A stretch of DNA of 64,000 nt, taken from NCBI GenBank assembly GCA_000002435.2, contig CM018789.1. The stretch is one strand, 5' to 3'. Positions 8,050-17,141 of this stretch are shown one piece after another. The notes beneath the pieces were generated by a model that was given only the letters and a program-made list of their open reading frames with translations, was not told where the DNA came from and did no database searches. A program made the translations under genes and the position numbers. The stretch is from Giardia intestinalis. Its lineage: Eukaryota. The first letter of the stretch is position 1. The number at the start of each line of letters is the position of its first letter.

Positions 8050-11000
8050 CCATTTCAACTTTTAATGCTGTTAAGCGATCTGTATAGTCCGCTTCATCTG
8101 GACGCCTCACGTGCCTTCGCCGCAACCACTGCTTCCATCTCGCAAGCCAACCATGCTATTGATGGAATGAGGCAGCAATACATCCGCCGCCCTTAATTCG
8201 CCCAGGCTGCCAATTCCACCCTGCAAGCTGCCCGCCACCTACCGTAGATCGATGTGGATGCATACTGCGGTGTGGTTGGGCCTGGAATAAGCAGATCTCA
8301 ACTGGGAGTCAGTCTCCTACTCTCCGTCGTCTGGCTCTGTCTCTGGTGTGAGCAGGACCATGCAACCACGAAAGACATCAGCTCCCTGCCAGTAGACAAT
8401 ATGCGCTGCAGAATAGGAGAACGTAGTGGGCCCCTAAGCTGCCCCGCTCGAGGAGCCGCTGCTTCTTTAACAGGGTTGCCCGACGACAGCAGGCACCAGT
8501 ATGGCTACCAGGCCCTTCTGGCTCTGACTTGCAGAGCATCCCCAGCACCGCTCCGGTAAGAGCTGTCTTTCCTATTGGCTTCTGCCGTCCGGGCGTCAGT
8601 TATGGCGAGAATTAACCCTTGCCCATTGGTACTGGTCGAACACTCACTACGTGTTGCTCGTCTAGGAAAGATTGATCTTGCCGCTCCACGGGCTATTCGC
8701 CATGCTGGATGACGAACATATGTGCCACTCAGCCCCTAGTCTTTATTGGATGCAAGGCCAGCTATGCAGGGTTACAGGGCCGCCTCGCCATCCTTAAGTT
8801 GAGCTCTTAGAAGTGTCCTACGTTTTACTAGACGCAACCTAGGTCCGTCCAACTCTATGCTTTATACTAATTCTAGATTGGGTTAAGCGTGCCTGGTAGT
8901 GAAGGTATCTACGGTACTTCCACTCACCGTGAGCAGTTCATAGAAGCCCCTGTGGCTCATCGCCTTCAATACTTGTGCGTTCACTCATCGATACCTCCGC
9001 GTTATTCAGCATAACTATAGTATGTCACCTGTATGCGTCAAGCTACAGCTCCTAAGTGTCTTACAGCAAATACCTTGCGTCTGAGCACCTGGTTAATTCA
9101 GCATCCACGCGTATAAAACATGATAGAAGTCTGTGGAGTATGGTGGCTTCCATTTTCTCTTTCCCCTTTTCTGACTCTGGTTGACTTTATCTTTGCTGGG
9201 TCAAATATGCACTATCTACGCGCACCTTAATGTTAACGGCACTCGTATGTCCTGCCAGGTCATATAAATCTTTATCAGCCGTTGCATGATAATTGTCTGG
9301 CATAATATGCAATCTGGTATTGAATGAAGAATAAAGCGCCCACTTTTGTAATGAGGACTTGTTGTGCTTATGCTGGGAAATAATAGATGGTCAAGTATAA
9401 CCGTACAAGGCTGTAGGACACTCTGCTGGACGATTTTATGAGTATAGGAAGCTGCCTGCTTTAACCTACAGCTCATTTCATTCACGTCATAAGCATTTTG
9501 CCACACAAGATCACTTTAAAAGCATTCTGTGATTACCAGACATCTTTTGATACCAGTCCCGGGTCAACAAAGCAAGCTGCTTATTGTAATTTGGAAAATT
9601 GGGTAACGGCTCCATGGATTCTTGGGTATCATGCCCACTAATCAGCAACTACCAAATATCCTACTTCGCATCTACTTTTTGCAATCTGTTTTTTGTAAGA
9701 CGGCGACTGAAGCGCTAATGGCTCAGTTTCCTAGACCATCCATATCTCTACATAAAGGTTGCCATCGGAAGTCTCCATAAATAGAACATGCAAACTCGAC
9801 AGACAAGCTTCTAGTATCAGCCTTCTCACAATGTATCTATGACAACGGGTCTGTCTTTAGTCAATCGATACTTATCCAGAGAACAGTAGCGCGGCAGTAG
9901 TATAGATGATTATTACGTAGCTTATGCAGGGGCTTGTTGTCAGCAACAAGAGATAAAACAACCTTAGCCTTACAAGATTAAAAGTTCCACATTAGCTAAA
10001 AACGATAGGCTCAGTGACCATTTTTCATGCCACTCACCAAACTTAAGCCGTTTACAGATTTGACGTTTAGTTGCTCTTACAATCTTTACTCTGCTGGTTG
10101 TCTGTTTGTTTGGATCTCTAGTTAAGGTTGGGCCAGTCTGCAATCTTACTCGTGCTCAATTGCGTGACACGCCATAACCATAATATCATTTATGATCTAG
10201 CCATCTATTGCAGGCGCTACTTGCTACATCAGAAACAATGACCGTGGATCCATTACCTTCCCTTTGGTGGTCAAAGTATCATAAGGGACAGACTCTTCTC
10301 ATGTGCTGGTTGGGCCGCTTAATCTTGTCAGTACAAACTTCTCTCACGATTCAAGCTAGTTGTGATAGTGATGGCATAATTTCCCTAGCAATCAGTTACT
10401 CAGTTCAATCCTTGCCTCAATATTATAACGAGTTGGACGCCTTGAGTCACAACGAGTCGGTGAAATTAGTATCTCAAAGCTTGCACGGATGTAAAGCATC
10501 GCGTTGGACATCACTGGATAAAGGCATGTACCAGTTGAGAATTGGTGCAACTTCTGGCTAACTCTTGAAGGCCCACGCTCCCTAACATGAACGTGGACAA
10601 GGCCAATCCCAGGCTCTGCGCCATATGGGTTTGTCACGAAGTCCTTGCCAGTAGGCACACAAAGCGACTGTTCTTGTCGCTTTTCTCGTGCTGTCGGTCT
10701 TGATTTGTCCTCTATGCGGCGTGGTGCAGTAGACAACCTCACCCCCTATGACCTTCCGTTGCGCAGCTCGTAACTGCTGTACACAATGCGTCTGCAAAGA
10801 GCCGACATGACAACGGCCCTATTTGGATGCTGCCCATGCAGAACCAGGCTTACGACTGCGTCTTGCAGCTATTAGCCGTGTATTCCATTTACTGCTGATT
10901 GCCTGGTCTATTATCACATATCTATGTATTGGCAAAGCAAGGCCCGTCCTTTTCTCGAAGGCAATAAAGCAATCTATTTGATCTACACCTTGCGCCCTTA

Positions 11001-11899
11001 AGCATATATCGGAAGACTACAATCAGCTCGTTCTGACTAGACTACATCATGGAAGGCATGAAAGGTCAGTTGGGTTTGTAACATACAGTGACGTAAAGTC
11101 ATTCGCGTCTCTTCAAAGCACCAAAGCAGCCCGCAAAAGTGTTCATTCAGATGGCTTTCTATCTCCATGTGACGATGCTCATGTGGATTTTCAGTACATT
11201 TACAGTGGTATTTCTGTGCGGCTCACATGTCTTATGAAAGTCTATGTTACCGATAGCTGGATGCAGATCTTCCTATTCTGTAAGATATTCATCGTCGTTC
11301 AACGTGTTCATAGCATGACATATCTGGCGTTTGCCTAGTTTGCCAATGCAAGTGCTTTCACTCTATGCTTACAAAAAGCACGAAGCCCAAGGGAGGATGG
11401 CCACAACCCCGAGGAGCGTGTATACAGCTGGCGACTTTAAGGGCCTACGTGAAAAGTACTAATATCCGTCCATGATTGCTCTTACAGTACTTTAATAATA
11501 GGCTAATAATAGATTCCCTGATGGCTATGCAGGATGGTATGTACCACCTGCAATGTTGAAAGATGTCCCAGCATGTACAGAAACACGTTGTGTACCCTAG
11601 AATCTACCAGTGATACTGGTGTGTAGAAGCAATTCATATATAAGAAGCGGTGTGCACAGACTCACTAAGAATGAGGAGGATAATTGGCAAGCAAAATAAG
11701 CTCTTACATTATTTCAAGAAGCATGCATTCACGACTTGGAGCTAAGAATGACGTATAAGTTATTTGAAAGCATAACACACTTAGAGGCAGAGCTGCAAAT
11801 CGCCTTTATCATATACAGGCAGTCACGTGGAACCATGCATGAAGATTCATGTTGTGGCACACCTTCACAGCTTCGTGGTTGGCGTCACGCCCAAGACCT
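8050..11899. other. ORF-free stretch (gene desert) between the VSP palindrome and the core genes
   Basis: The longest track ORFs here (8254-8559, 9216-9506, 10208-10561, 10392-10742) are 96-117 aa. All four start at non-ATG codons (GTG/TTG, checked in the sequence), they overlap each other, and they carry no motif I recognise. Stop codons are frequent in all six frames. Confidence 0.7.
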
Positions 11900-12424
11900 C
11901 TAATCATCGGTGAGATCAATAGTGCTATTGCTAAGATCAATGACTGGAACCCGCTTCAGAGCCCGTTGGTGCGCAATGTATCTTACCTCTTGGTAGTAGT
12001 TGTGGCAGGCACGGATTGTAAGTCCAGCGGCCTGGTTAATTCGGTGCGCTTGTGCGTGCCAGACGGGCCCGTGATGCACTCGCTCGAACACCTTCAGTCT
12101 GAAAAGGTAGGCGTGGATCATCTCATGCACCAGCACGTCGAGCAGGTCGTGTTGTGAACGATATTGGAGTAGAGGTGCAGATAGGATAATTACAATAGGA
12201 CTATGCTCTTCTGTTCGCGTCCCTCTGTATTTGCATAGACCTGCAGAACGTGTTAGCCTATTGCTCCAATGAACCACAACATCTCTCAGGCAATTGTCGA
12301 AAAAAGCCTCGTTGAAATGCCTAAAGAGCGCGTGCACATCACCAAAAGGCCAGTGTTGTGTTTCTAGTTCCTGAGAGGTAGGTGGTGGGGCAGCAAAAAA
12401 GTCCAGGAGGGGGTTGCTATCCAT
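11900..12424 (-). CDS. SprT-like zinc metalloprotease, SPRTN/Spartan-type (DNA-protein crosslink repair) ortholog
   Basis: 174 aa from the ATG at 12424 (context CATAAAAATG). The longer track ORF would run into the neighbouring gene. Motifs: FRHFNEAFFDN...VHWSNRLTRSAGLC, HExxH in LLDVLVHEMIHAYLF, then HGPVWHAQAHRIN. These are colinear with the human SPRTN block LLHEMIHAYLF...HGPEF...HRIN as I recall it. Confidence 0.85.
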   Translation of the reverse strand: MDSNPLLDFFAAPPPTSQELETQHWPFGDVHALFRHFNEAFFDNCLRDVVVHWSNRLTRSAGLCKYRGTRTEEHSPIVIILSAPLLQYRSQHDLLDVLVHEMIHAYLFRLKVFERVHHGPVWHAQAHRINQAAGLTIRACHNYYQEVRYIAHQRALKRVPVIDLSNSTIDLTDD

Positions 12425-12428
12425 TTTT
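12425..12428. promoter_or_regulatory. 4-bp spacer (TTTT) between two divergent start codons; minimal bidirectional initiator
   Basis: The plus strand reads CAT-TTTT-ATG at 12422-12431. CAT is the SPRTN-like start codon on the minus strand, and ATG is the Nei-like start codon. Confidence 0.6.
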
Positions 12429-13847
12429 ATGCCAGAGCATCCTGAGGTTCGAGCCTTCGCAGAACGCATAACGTTTGAGGCAGAGCACACTCTCTTTACT
12501 AACGTCTCTACTTCGAGGGCGTGTGTGTATAAGGCCCTCCCACCTTTGTTCCTTGATGATTCCATAAAAGTAGCATTTACCATAAGGTGCGAATCTCGAG
12601 GCAAGCAGCTCCGAGTTGACCTGGCTCGGGCAGCTGATCCACCTAGGAATGAGGCAAAGAGTATTTTTGTGCGTCTGAAAAGAAATACATCTGACACCTC
12701 AGAGACACCCTATGATTTGTGCAAAACAACCGCTTTAAGCCGCCCCTGGGAACACTCAGATCACGCTGTGGCGCTTACCATACCAACCAGTATCGTGATT
12801 GGCCTGGGATTAGCAGGCTGTATCAACACCTTCTTAACCCCAGAGGAAGCTTTGAAGTCTAACGCACATCTCTTGTTTGAGGCATCTGATGCTGTGTTAG
12901 CAGTATGCTCGCCACGGCCAGAGACCATGTACTGGCGAGTAGGAGACTTCGACCATGCACGGTCCCCTGATCCTGTGGCACAGTACCTAGACTATGTGTC
13001 CAAGATACTGTCCAAACTGTCACATATTCCTATAGGTCTTGACGGGTCTTTCATTGTGCCACCCAAGTCGATATTTTCACAACCCATATGCCGGCTTCTT
13101 TTGTCTCAGGAATTGTTCAACGGAGTAGGGAATTACCTACGAGCAGAGGCCATGCACCGACTTCTTATTCACCCTTTCACCCCAAGCGTCTATGTGTTTG
13201 AAGAGCTTATCCATTGGGTTCATGACACCGTGCGAGAAACCCCTCGATTCCACAACTTGAGTAACAAGTGGAGAAGTCTTGCCGAAAAGAATGTCTCTAT
13301 TATCGAGACCAAGTGCCCACTCATCCCGATGATCAGAAGGCTATGTGAGGAGGCCTATGCTGTTCTGGATGATCACAGACTCTTTTCGGAGTGGCTTTTA
13401 TGCTATAAGAAAGCAACTAATTGCATTCTTGATTCCGGGGGCAGAGAAGTTTGGTTCTTCGAAAAGCTAGTCGCAAACAAATCCAGTCATGCAAGTGAGC
13501 ACGGCGATAAGAAGAATTCTGCTGAGAAGCCAGATGCATGTACCCTGTCAGAGCTCATACTGTCCTCTGAACCTAGTCTTAAAAAGGTTGCAGTACAGCA
13601 ACTGGCTACGTCAAACGCAGAAAATGTCATTCTTAATAGCACGGAGAATGATGCTGATGTCAGCCAGCTAGACATCTTGGAATACTCTCGCAAAGACCTC
13701 CTTCGACGAGGCACGGTACTCGACAATCTTCCAATTGATTCTAGAAACGAGTCAGCTAGTCGATGGCAGGACAAGATTGTTCGGAAGAGTACTGTCCAAC
13801 AATTACATGACGCTCGAACGTTTCAAGCAAGCCTCCAGTCGAAGTAA
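12429..13847 (+). CDS. Fpg/Nei-family DNA glycosylase, NEIL1-like
   Basis: 472 aa from the ATG at 12429; the track start at 12414 is TTG. The N-terminus MPEHPEV matches the catalytic Pro2-Glu3 signature of Fpg/Nei. An H2TH motif LLLSQELFNGVGNYLRAEAMHRLLIHPF resembles E. coli Nei [20 protein letters not shown] and NEIL1 FFNGIGNYLRAEIL. AGTAAAG overlaps the TAA stop. Confidence 0.88.
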   Translation: MPEHPEVRAFAERITFEAEHTLFTNVSTSRACVYKALPPLFLDDSIKVAFTIRCESRGKQLRVDLARAADPPRNEAKSIFVRLKRNTSDTSETPYDLCKTTALSRPWEHSDHAVALTIPTSIVIGLGLAGCINTFLTPEEALKSNAHLLFEASDAVLAVCSPRPETMYWRVGDFDHARSPDPVAQYLDYVSKILSKLSHIPIGLDGSFIVPPKSIFSQPICRLLLSQELFNGVGNYLRAEAMHRLLIHPFTPSVYVFEELIHWVHDTVRETPRFHNLSNKWRSLAEKNVSIIETKCPLIPMIRRLCEEAYAVLDDHRLFSEWLLCYKKATNCILDSGGREVWFFEKLVANKSSHASEHGDKKNSAEKPDACTLSELILSSEPSLKKVAVQQLATSNAENVILNSTENDADVSQLDILEYSRKDLLRRGTVLDNLPIDSRNESASRWQDKIVRKSTVQQLHDARTFQASLQSK

Positions 13848-13865
13848 AGCAGAGAGTCCGCGGGC

Positions 13866-14399
13866 CTATATCTGCCTGACCATTATCTTATCATCCAAGG
13901 AGTACAGAAGGTGGTCGCTATACAGCTGTACAATGGGAGGCGGCTCTGTTTCAGAGATGGGCATTGTGCTTCTACAATACTGGTCTACAATCTCTAACTG
14001 ATCAGATACCTTCATGATCGTGTAGTGGTTTGCAAGAAAGAGGGCAGAACGGGCGTTGAGTAATCGTGTAAACGGGGGTTGGTGACACAGCTGGCTGTTC
14101 AACTGTTCAACCCTCTGCACCCTCAGCGGCTGCAGGCTGCCTCTCATGGCCAAGAGGTTGAGCCCGTCGGTTCCGACGGTGTAGAGCACTTGCTTGCAGG
14201 TGAGCGCGGAGTCGAAAATGGGATACGAGGGGGCCAGCTGGGCGTGTGTGTGAAGAAGGGCGTTCCTTATCAGATCCCAGACCTTCACAGACCCGTCGAT
14301 GCTGGTGGAAACCAGCGCGCTGTCGGCGACGTGCAGCGACGTCACCGCGTGGCTGTGAGAAAGGGTCGTGGCGGGGTGGGGCGGAAAAGCGTGCACCAT
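13866..14399 (-). CDS. Hypothetical protein with WD40-like repeats (short)
   Basis: 177-aa ATG-initiated ORF with a WD-type blade HSHAVTSLHVADSALVSTSIDGSVKVWDL. It is too short for a full propeller, and the ATG context is GC-rich (GACTCCCGCATGG), which is atypical for this locus. Confidence 0.55.
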   Translation of the reverse strand: MVHAFPPHPATTLSHSHAVTSLHVADSALVSTSIDGSVKVWDLIRNALLHTHAQLAPSYPIFDSALTCKQVLYTVGTDGLNLLAMRGSLQPLRVQRVEQLNSQLCHQPPFTRLLNARSALFLANHYTIMKVSDQLEIVDQYCRSTMPISETEPPPIVQLYSDHLLYSLDDKIMVRQI

Positions 14400-14523
14400 G
14401 CGGGAGTCGGACCCGCCCCAACAGCTTGGAAGGCTGTCATGCTAGCCGATACACCAATGGTGCCCGGCGCGCCGCATAAACAGCGGATAAATTAGTATGT
14501 GCTTTGAATGGTCTGGTTCAGAT

Positions 14524-15072
14524 TTACTCGGGATTGGCGGTGCGGATGAACTCGTCGAGGAGGTTCTCCTCTGGGAGCGCACGCCACCGGGTCCGCTCGG
14601 TCCCCCGCAGTGCTTCTTGCTGCCGCTGGAGCCGCTCGATGGTCTCTCGCTCACGAGCTTTGTGTACTCTTGCTTCCTCTGCGTAATTTGTAACGGCATC
14701 GATGAATTGTTTAACACCAGCAAAGGCGGTGCGGATCAGCCGCATCTCTGCAGAATCAGATGGAGGCGCAGGAGTGGTTATGTGACCCTTCTCTAGGAGC
14801 TCTCGCCGCTCTATGGAAATAGCATCCTGCAGGCGGCGCTCATACTTCTCACGCTCAACAGCCTTTTCTCGCCCTTCGCGATTGAGCATAACAGGACCGT
14901 GATCCGTTGTATTCAGGTTCTTGTTGACGATACGGCCAACTGCACTCGTAAGTTGCTCCGCGTCGTTATAGCCTAGATGCTTGCGCTTTGGCTCCCCTTC
15001 ATGTGCTGATGGTTCTGATGCAGAGTCACTGATGCTATCTGGGAGGTAGGAGATGTCTGTGTCCGATGACAT
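14524..15072 (-). CDS. Hypothetical protein, tentatively RRP15-like (rRNA processing)
   Basis: 182 aa from the ATG at 15072; the track start at 15102 is GTG. The upstream context is A/T-rich (TCTAAAAATTGTAATAGTATG). EMRLIRTAFAGVKQFIDAV resembles the RRP15 E-LRkvATrGVVqLFNAV block. AGTAAAT overlaps the TAA stop. The functional call is weak. Confidence 0.7.
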   Translation of the reverse strand: MSSDTDISYLPDSISDSASEPSAHEGEPKRKHLGYNDAEQLTSAVGRIVNKNLNTTDHGPVMLNREGREKAVEREKYERRLQDAISIERRELLEKGHITTPAPPSDSAEMRLIRTAFAGVKQFIDAVTNYAEEARVHKARERETIERLQRQQEALRGTERTRWRALPEENLLDEFIRTANPE

Positions 15073-15098
15073 ACTATTACAATTTTTAGAAGTGCGTG

Positions 15099-15734
15099 TC
15101 ACCCTACGAGCACAGCAGATCCTTTGATTACATGGTCCTCAACGGCATCGAAGTGGACTGCGAGTTGATCATCTACCGCCACAACAGTCTCTGTATCGAA
15201 AGATGTGATAGTGGTAGCTTGGAGAAAGCGTACAACCACAACCTTGCTACGGAGAAGGATAAGCTGTCGACTAAGGGTTTCGCGGAGCTCCTTTTGGAAG
15301 GAGGCTTCTGGGTCCAATTCTGTTGCATGGTTGGACAGTATGGCTTTAATGGGTTGAAAAATGGTTGTATTGAGCAACTGGTGCGACAACTCAAGAAAGG
15401 CTCTGGCGGCATCCTGCTCATTTTCAGTGAGGTACTTTTGTAGCTCCGTCTGCATATATAGAAATGGCTTATCGCTGAGCTTTGAAAGCCGTAGACGCAC
15501 ATAGTCTTCGAAAATGAAGCGTAGCCGCTCCATGTGTAGGTGAACCATGTCTCTATGAACCTTGTCATACATTGCTATTCTGTCTTGAGATTTCGACAGG
15601 TATTCCTTAACTGTATCAAGCACCTCTTGCTCGCGCGGAAGAACGATGGGACTATAGCGCTCGTTGTTCCACAGCTGCAGAAACCTGTCGTATGCCCGTT
15701 TATTCTGTTCACTGGCCTCAAGTAGCCCGGCCAT
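15099..15734 (-). CDS. SLD5: GINS complex subunit SLD5 (GINS4)
   Basis: 211 aa. LQLWNNERYSPIVLP matches the Sld5 aW-NE-aPelL motif. HMERLRFIFEDYVRLRLSKL matches the ERirFvl-sYlR-Rl-Kie motif. The C-terminal beta domain ends ...AVEDHVIKGSAVLVG. Confidence 0.8.
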   Translation of the reverse strand: MAGLLEASEQNKRAYDRFLQLWNNERYSPIVLPREQEVLDTVKEYLSKSQDRIAMYDKVHRDMVHLHMERLRFIFEDYVRLRLSKLSDKPFLYMQTELQKYLTENEQDAARAFLELSHQLLNTTIFQPIKAILSNHATELDPEASFQKELRETLSRQLILLRSKVVVVRFLQATTITSFDTETVVAVDDQLAVHFDAVEDHVIKGSAVLVG

Positions 15735-15746
15735 GAGGCAGCTAAT

Positions 15747-16964
15747 TTATTTACTGCAGCTGTCATTGACGTCTGGAGACTGGGGTTGCAGATCTTTATA
15801 TGTGTCCTTCGGCAGTACACACACTCCGAGATAAGCTTCCCGCCATAGATTAAGAAGTTGTCGACATATGGGCCGCAATGACCTATCTAGATCATCAAGT
15901 TCAGGGCGGGATACTGCACTGTTCATTAAAAGTAGCTCATGTCCAGCACCCACAGATGTCAGTAGCCCCATTTTTCTGTCGGAGCCGTGGAGCATAAGGC
16001 TTTGTCGAGCACTATGAAACGCGGAGGATAGTTCCCTTGTGCGTAGATGTGCAGCCAATGAATCAAGTCCTTGCATAATCTTCTTTCCAACAAGCCTACT
16101 CTGGCCAGGCCCCATACAGACCAATACACTTGCACCGTGAAATACCATGAGACTTGCAGACGCAAATGGGGCCAGCGTCTTATTTAAAAGTGGGACGAAA
16201 GCCAAAGCTGCATCTGTCTCACGGCCAGGCTGAACAGGAAATGCTAAGACAGTCTCTGGTATGCGTGTATATGGTGAGATGTATGAGTGTATCCTGTTGT
16301 CGAACAAATTAATGTTCAGTCGCGAGACCGGTTGTTGCCAGAAATCAGTGACCTGGGAGATAGATCCGTGAATATTGTTGCCTGAAAGGGTGTCCATTGC
16401 CTTACTAATATCCACGTCATTACCAGATAGAATGTAGACAGCCTTGGCAGGGTCAAGCAGCTTGTCCGTGAACTCCTTGTATGCTCCATTTTTCATTCGT
16501 CCATAAAGACCAATCTCTGCCAGTATCGGATTCGCCAGGGGGCTATCTCTGAAGACATGATGCAAAACAAGTTCCTTTGCATGCTCGTAAGGCGTAGCAA
16601 GGACCATGATGGCTTCGTGTTGAATATCATCGTACTCGTTGAGCAGAAGGGGAAGAGGACGCTGTGCACGCGGCAGGAGGTCACGAAGCTGCTCAAGACA
16701 ATCTGTGAGAGAGGGGCGATGGAGCTGAGTGTCTCGCGCATCTGCGGTAAATGCAACGTAGTTTTTAGCAGTGAACCCGTTGAGCTCAATCCCAGCATCC
16801 TCTGCGGCAGTTAGCCTCTGAGTGCGGGACAGACCTTGACCAAATGCCATGTGCTCAGCCAAGTGGGTGAAACCAGCAGTCATCGTAGACTCTACCAGCG
16901 GACCACCACTGAAGACCACGGTAGCGGAGGGAAGCGCTCCTGGAACTATGTCACGGATAAGCAT
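15747..16964 (-). CDS. M16-family zinc peptidase (inverted HxxEH motif); candidate mitosomal processing peptidase
   Basis: 405 aa. GFTHLAEHMAFGQG contains the H-x-x-E-H of pitrilysin/MPP-beta. The protein is shorter than typical MPP subunits. AGTAAAT overlaps its TAA stop. Confidence 0.8.
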   Translation of the reverse strand: MLIRDIVPGALPSATVVFSGGPLVESTMTAGFTHLAEHMAFGQGLSRTQRLTAAEDAGIELNGFTAKNYVAFTADARDTQLHRPSLTDCLEQLRDLLPRAQRPLPLLLNEYDDIQHEAIMVLATPYEHAKELVLHHVFRDSPLANPILAEIGLYGRMKNGAYKEFTDKLLDPAKAVYILSGNDVDISKAMDTLSGNNIHGSISQVTDFWQQPVSRLNINLFDNRIHSYISPYTRIPETVLAFPVQPGRETDAALAFVPLLNKTLAPFASASLMVFHGASVLVCMGPGQSRLVGKKIMQGLDSLAAHLRTRELSSAFHSARQSLMLHGSDRKMGLLTSVGAGHELLLMNSAVSRPELDDLDRSLRPICRQLLNLWREAYLGVCVLPKDTYKDLQPQSPDVNDSCSK

Positions 16965-17141
16965 GGCTAGAAATCTAAATTACTATACTTGGAGAAGGAG
17001 CTCTATCCCCGATTGACCAAGAAATGAAATCGCTACAAAATAGCAAGGAGCCCGTTTGCGAGTGGATGAGGCTAACAGTCCTTATTGAAGAACTTTTTGC
17101 CGCACAGAGAGATCTTTGGACTTTTTAATTTTGAAATCTCA

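Noticed and set aside
8254-10797. ORFs of 71-117 aa inside the gene desert
   Set aside because: The four longest start at GTG/TTG in the sequence. They overlap one another on opposite strands, have no motif, and are of a size expected by chance in ~4 kb over six frames.
12414-12697. Longer versions of the SPRTN-like (start 12697) and NEIL-like (start 12414) ORFs that overlap by ~280 bp
   Set aside because: The 12414 start is TTG. The SPRTN-like conserved domain begins just after the ATG at 12424. The Nei family requires Pro at position 2 (MPE...), which only the ATG at 12429 provides.
14434-14454. Candidate 21-nt mini-intron (GTGTATCGGCTAGCATGACAG on the minus strand) that would join the ATG at 14477 in frame to the WD40 ORF
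   Set aside because: Frame preservation has a one-in-three chance expectation. The element is shorter than the Giardia introns I know of, and both the 5' site (GTGTAT) and the branch/3' region deviate from the GTATGT ... CTAACACACAG-type consensus. It is kept only as something RNA-seq would settle.
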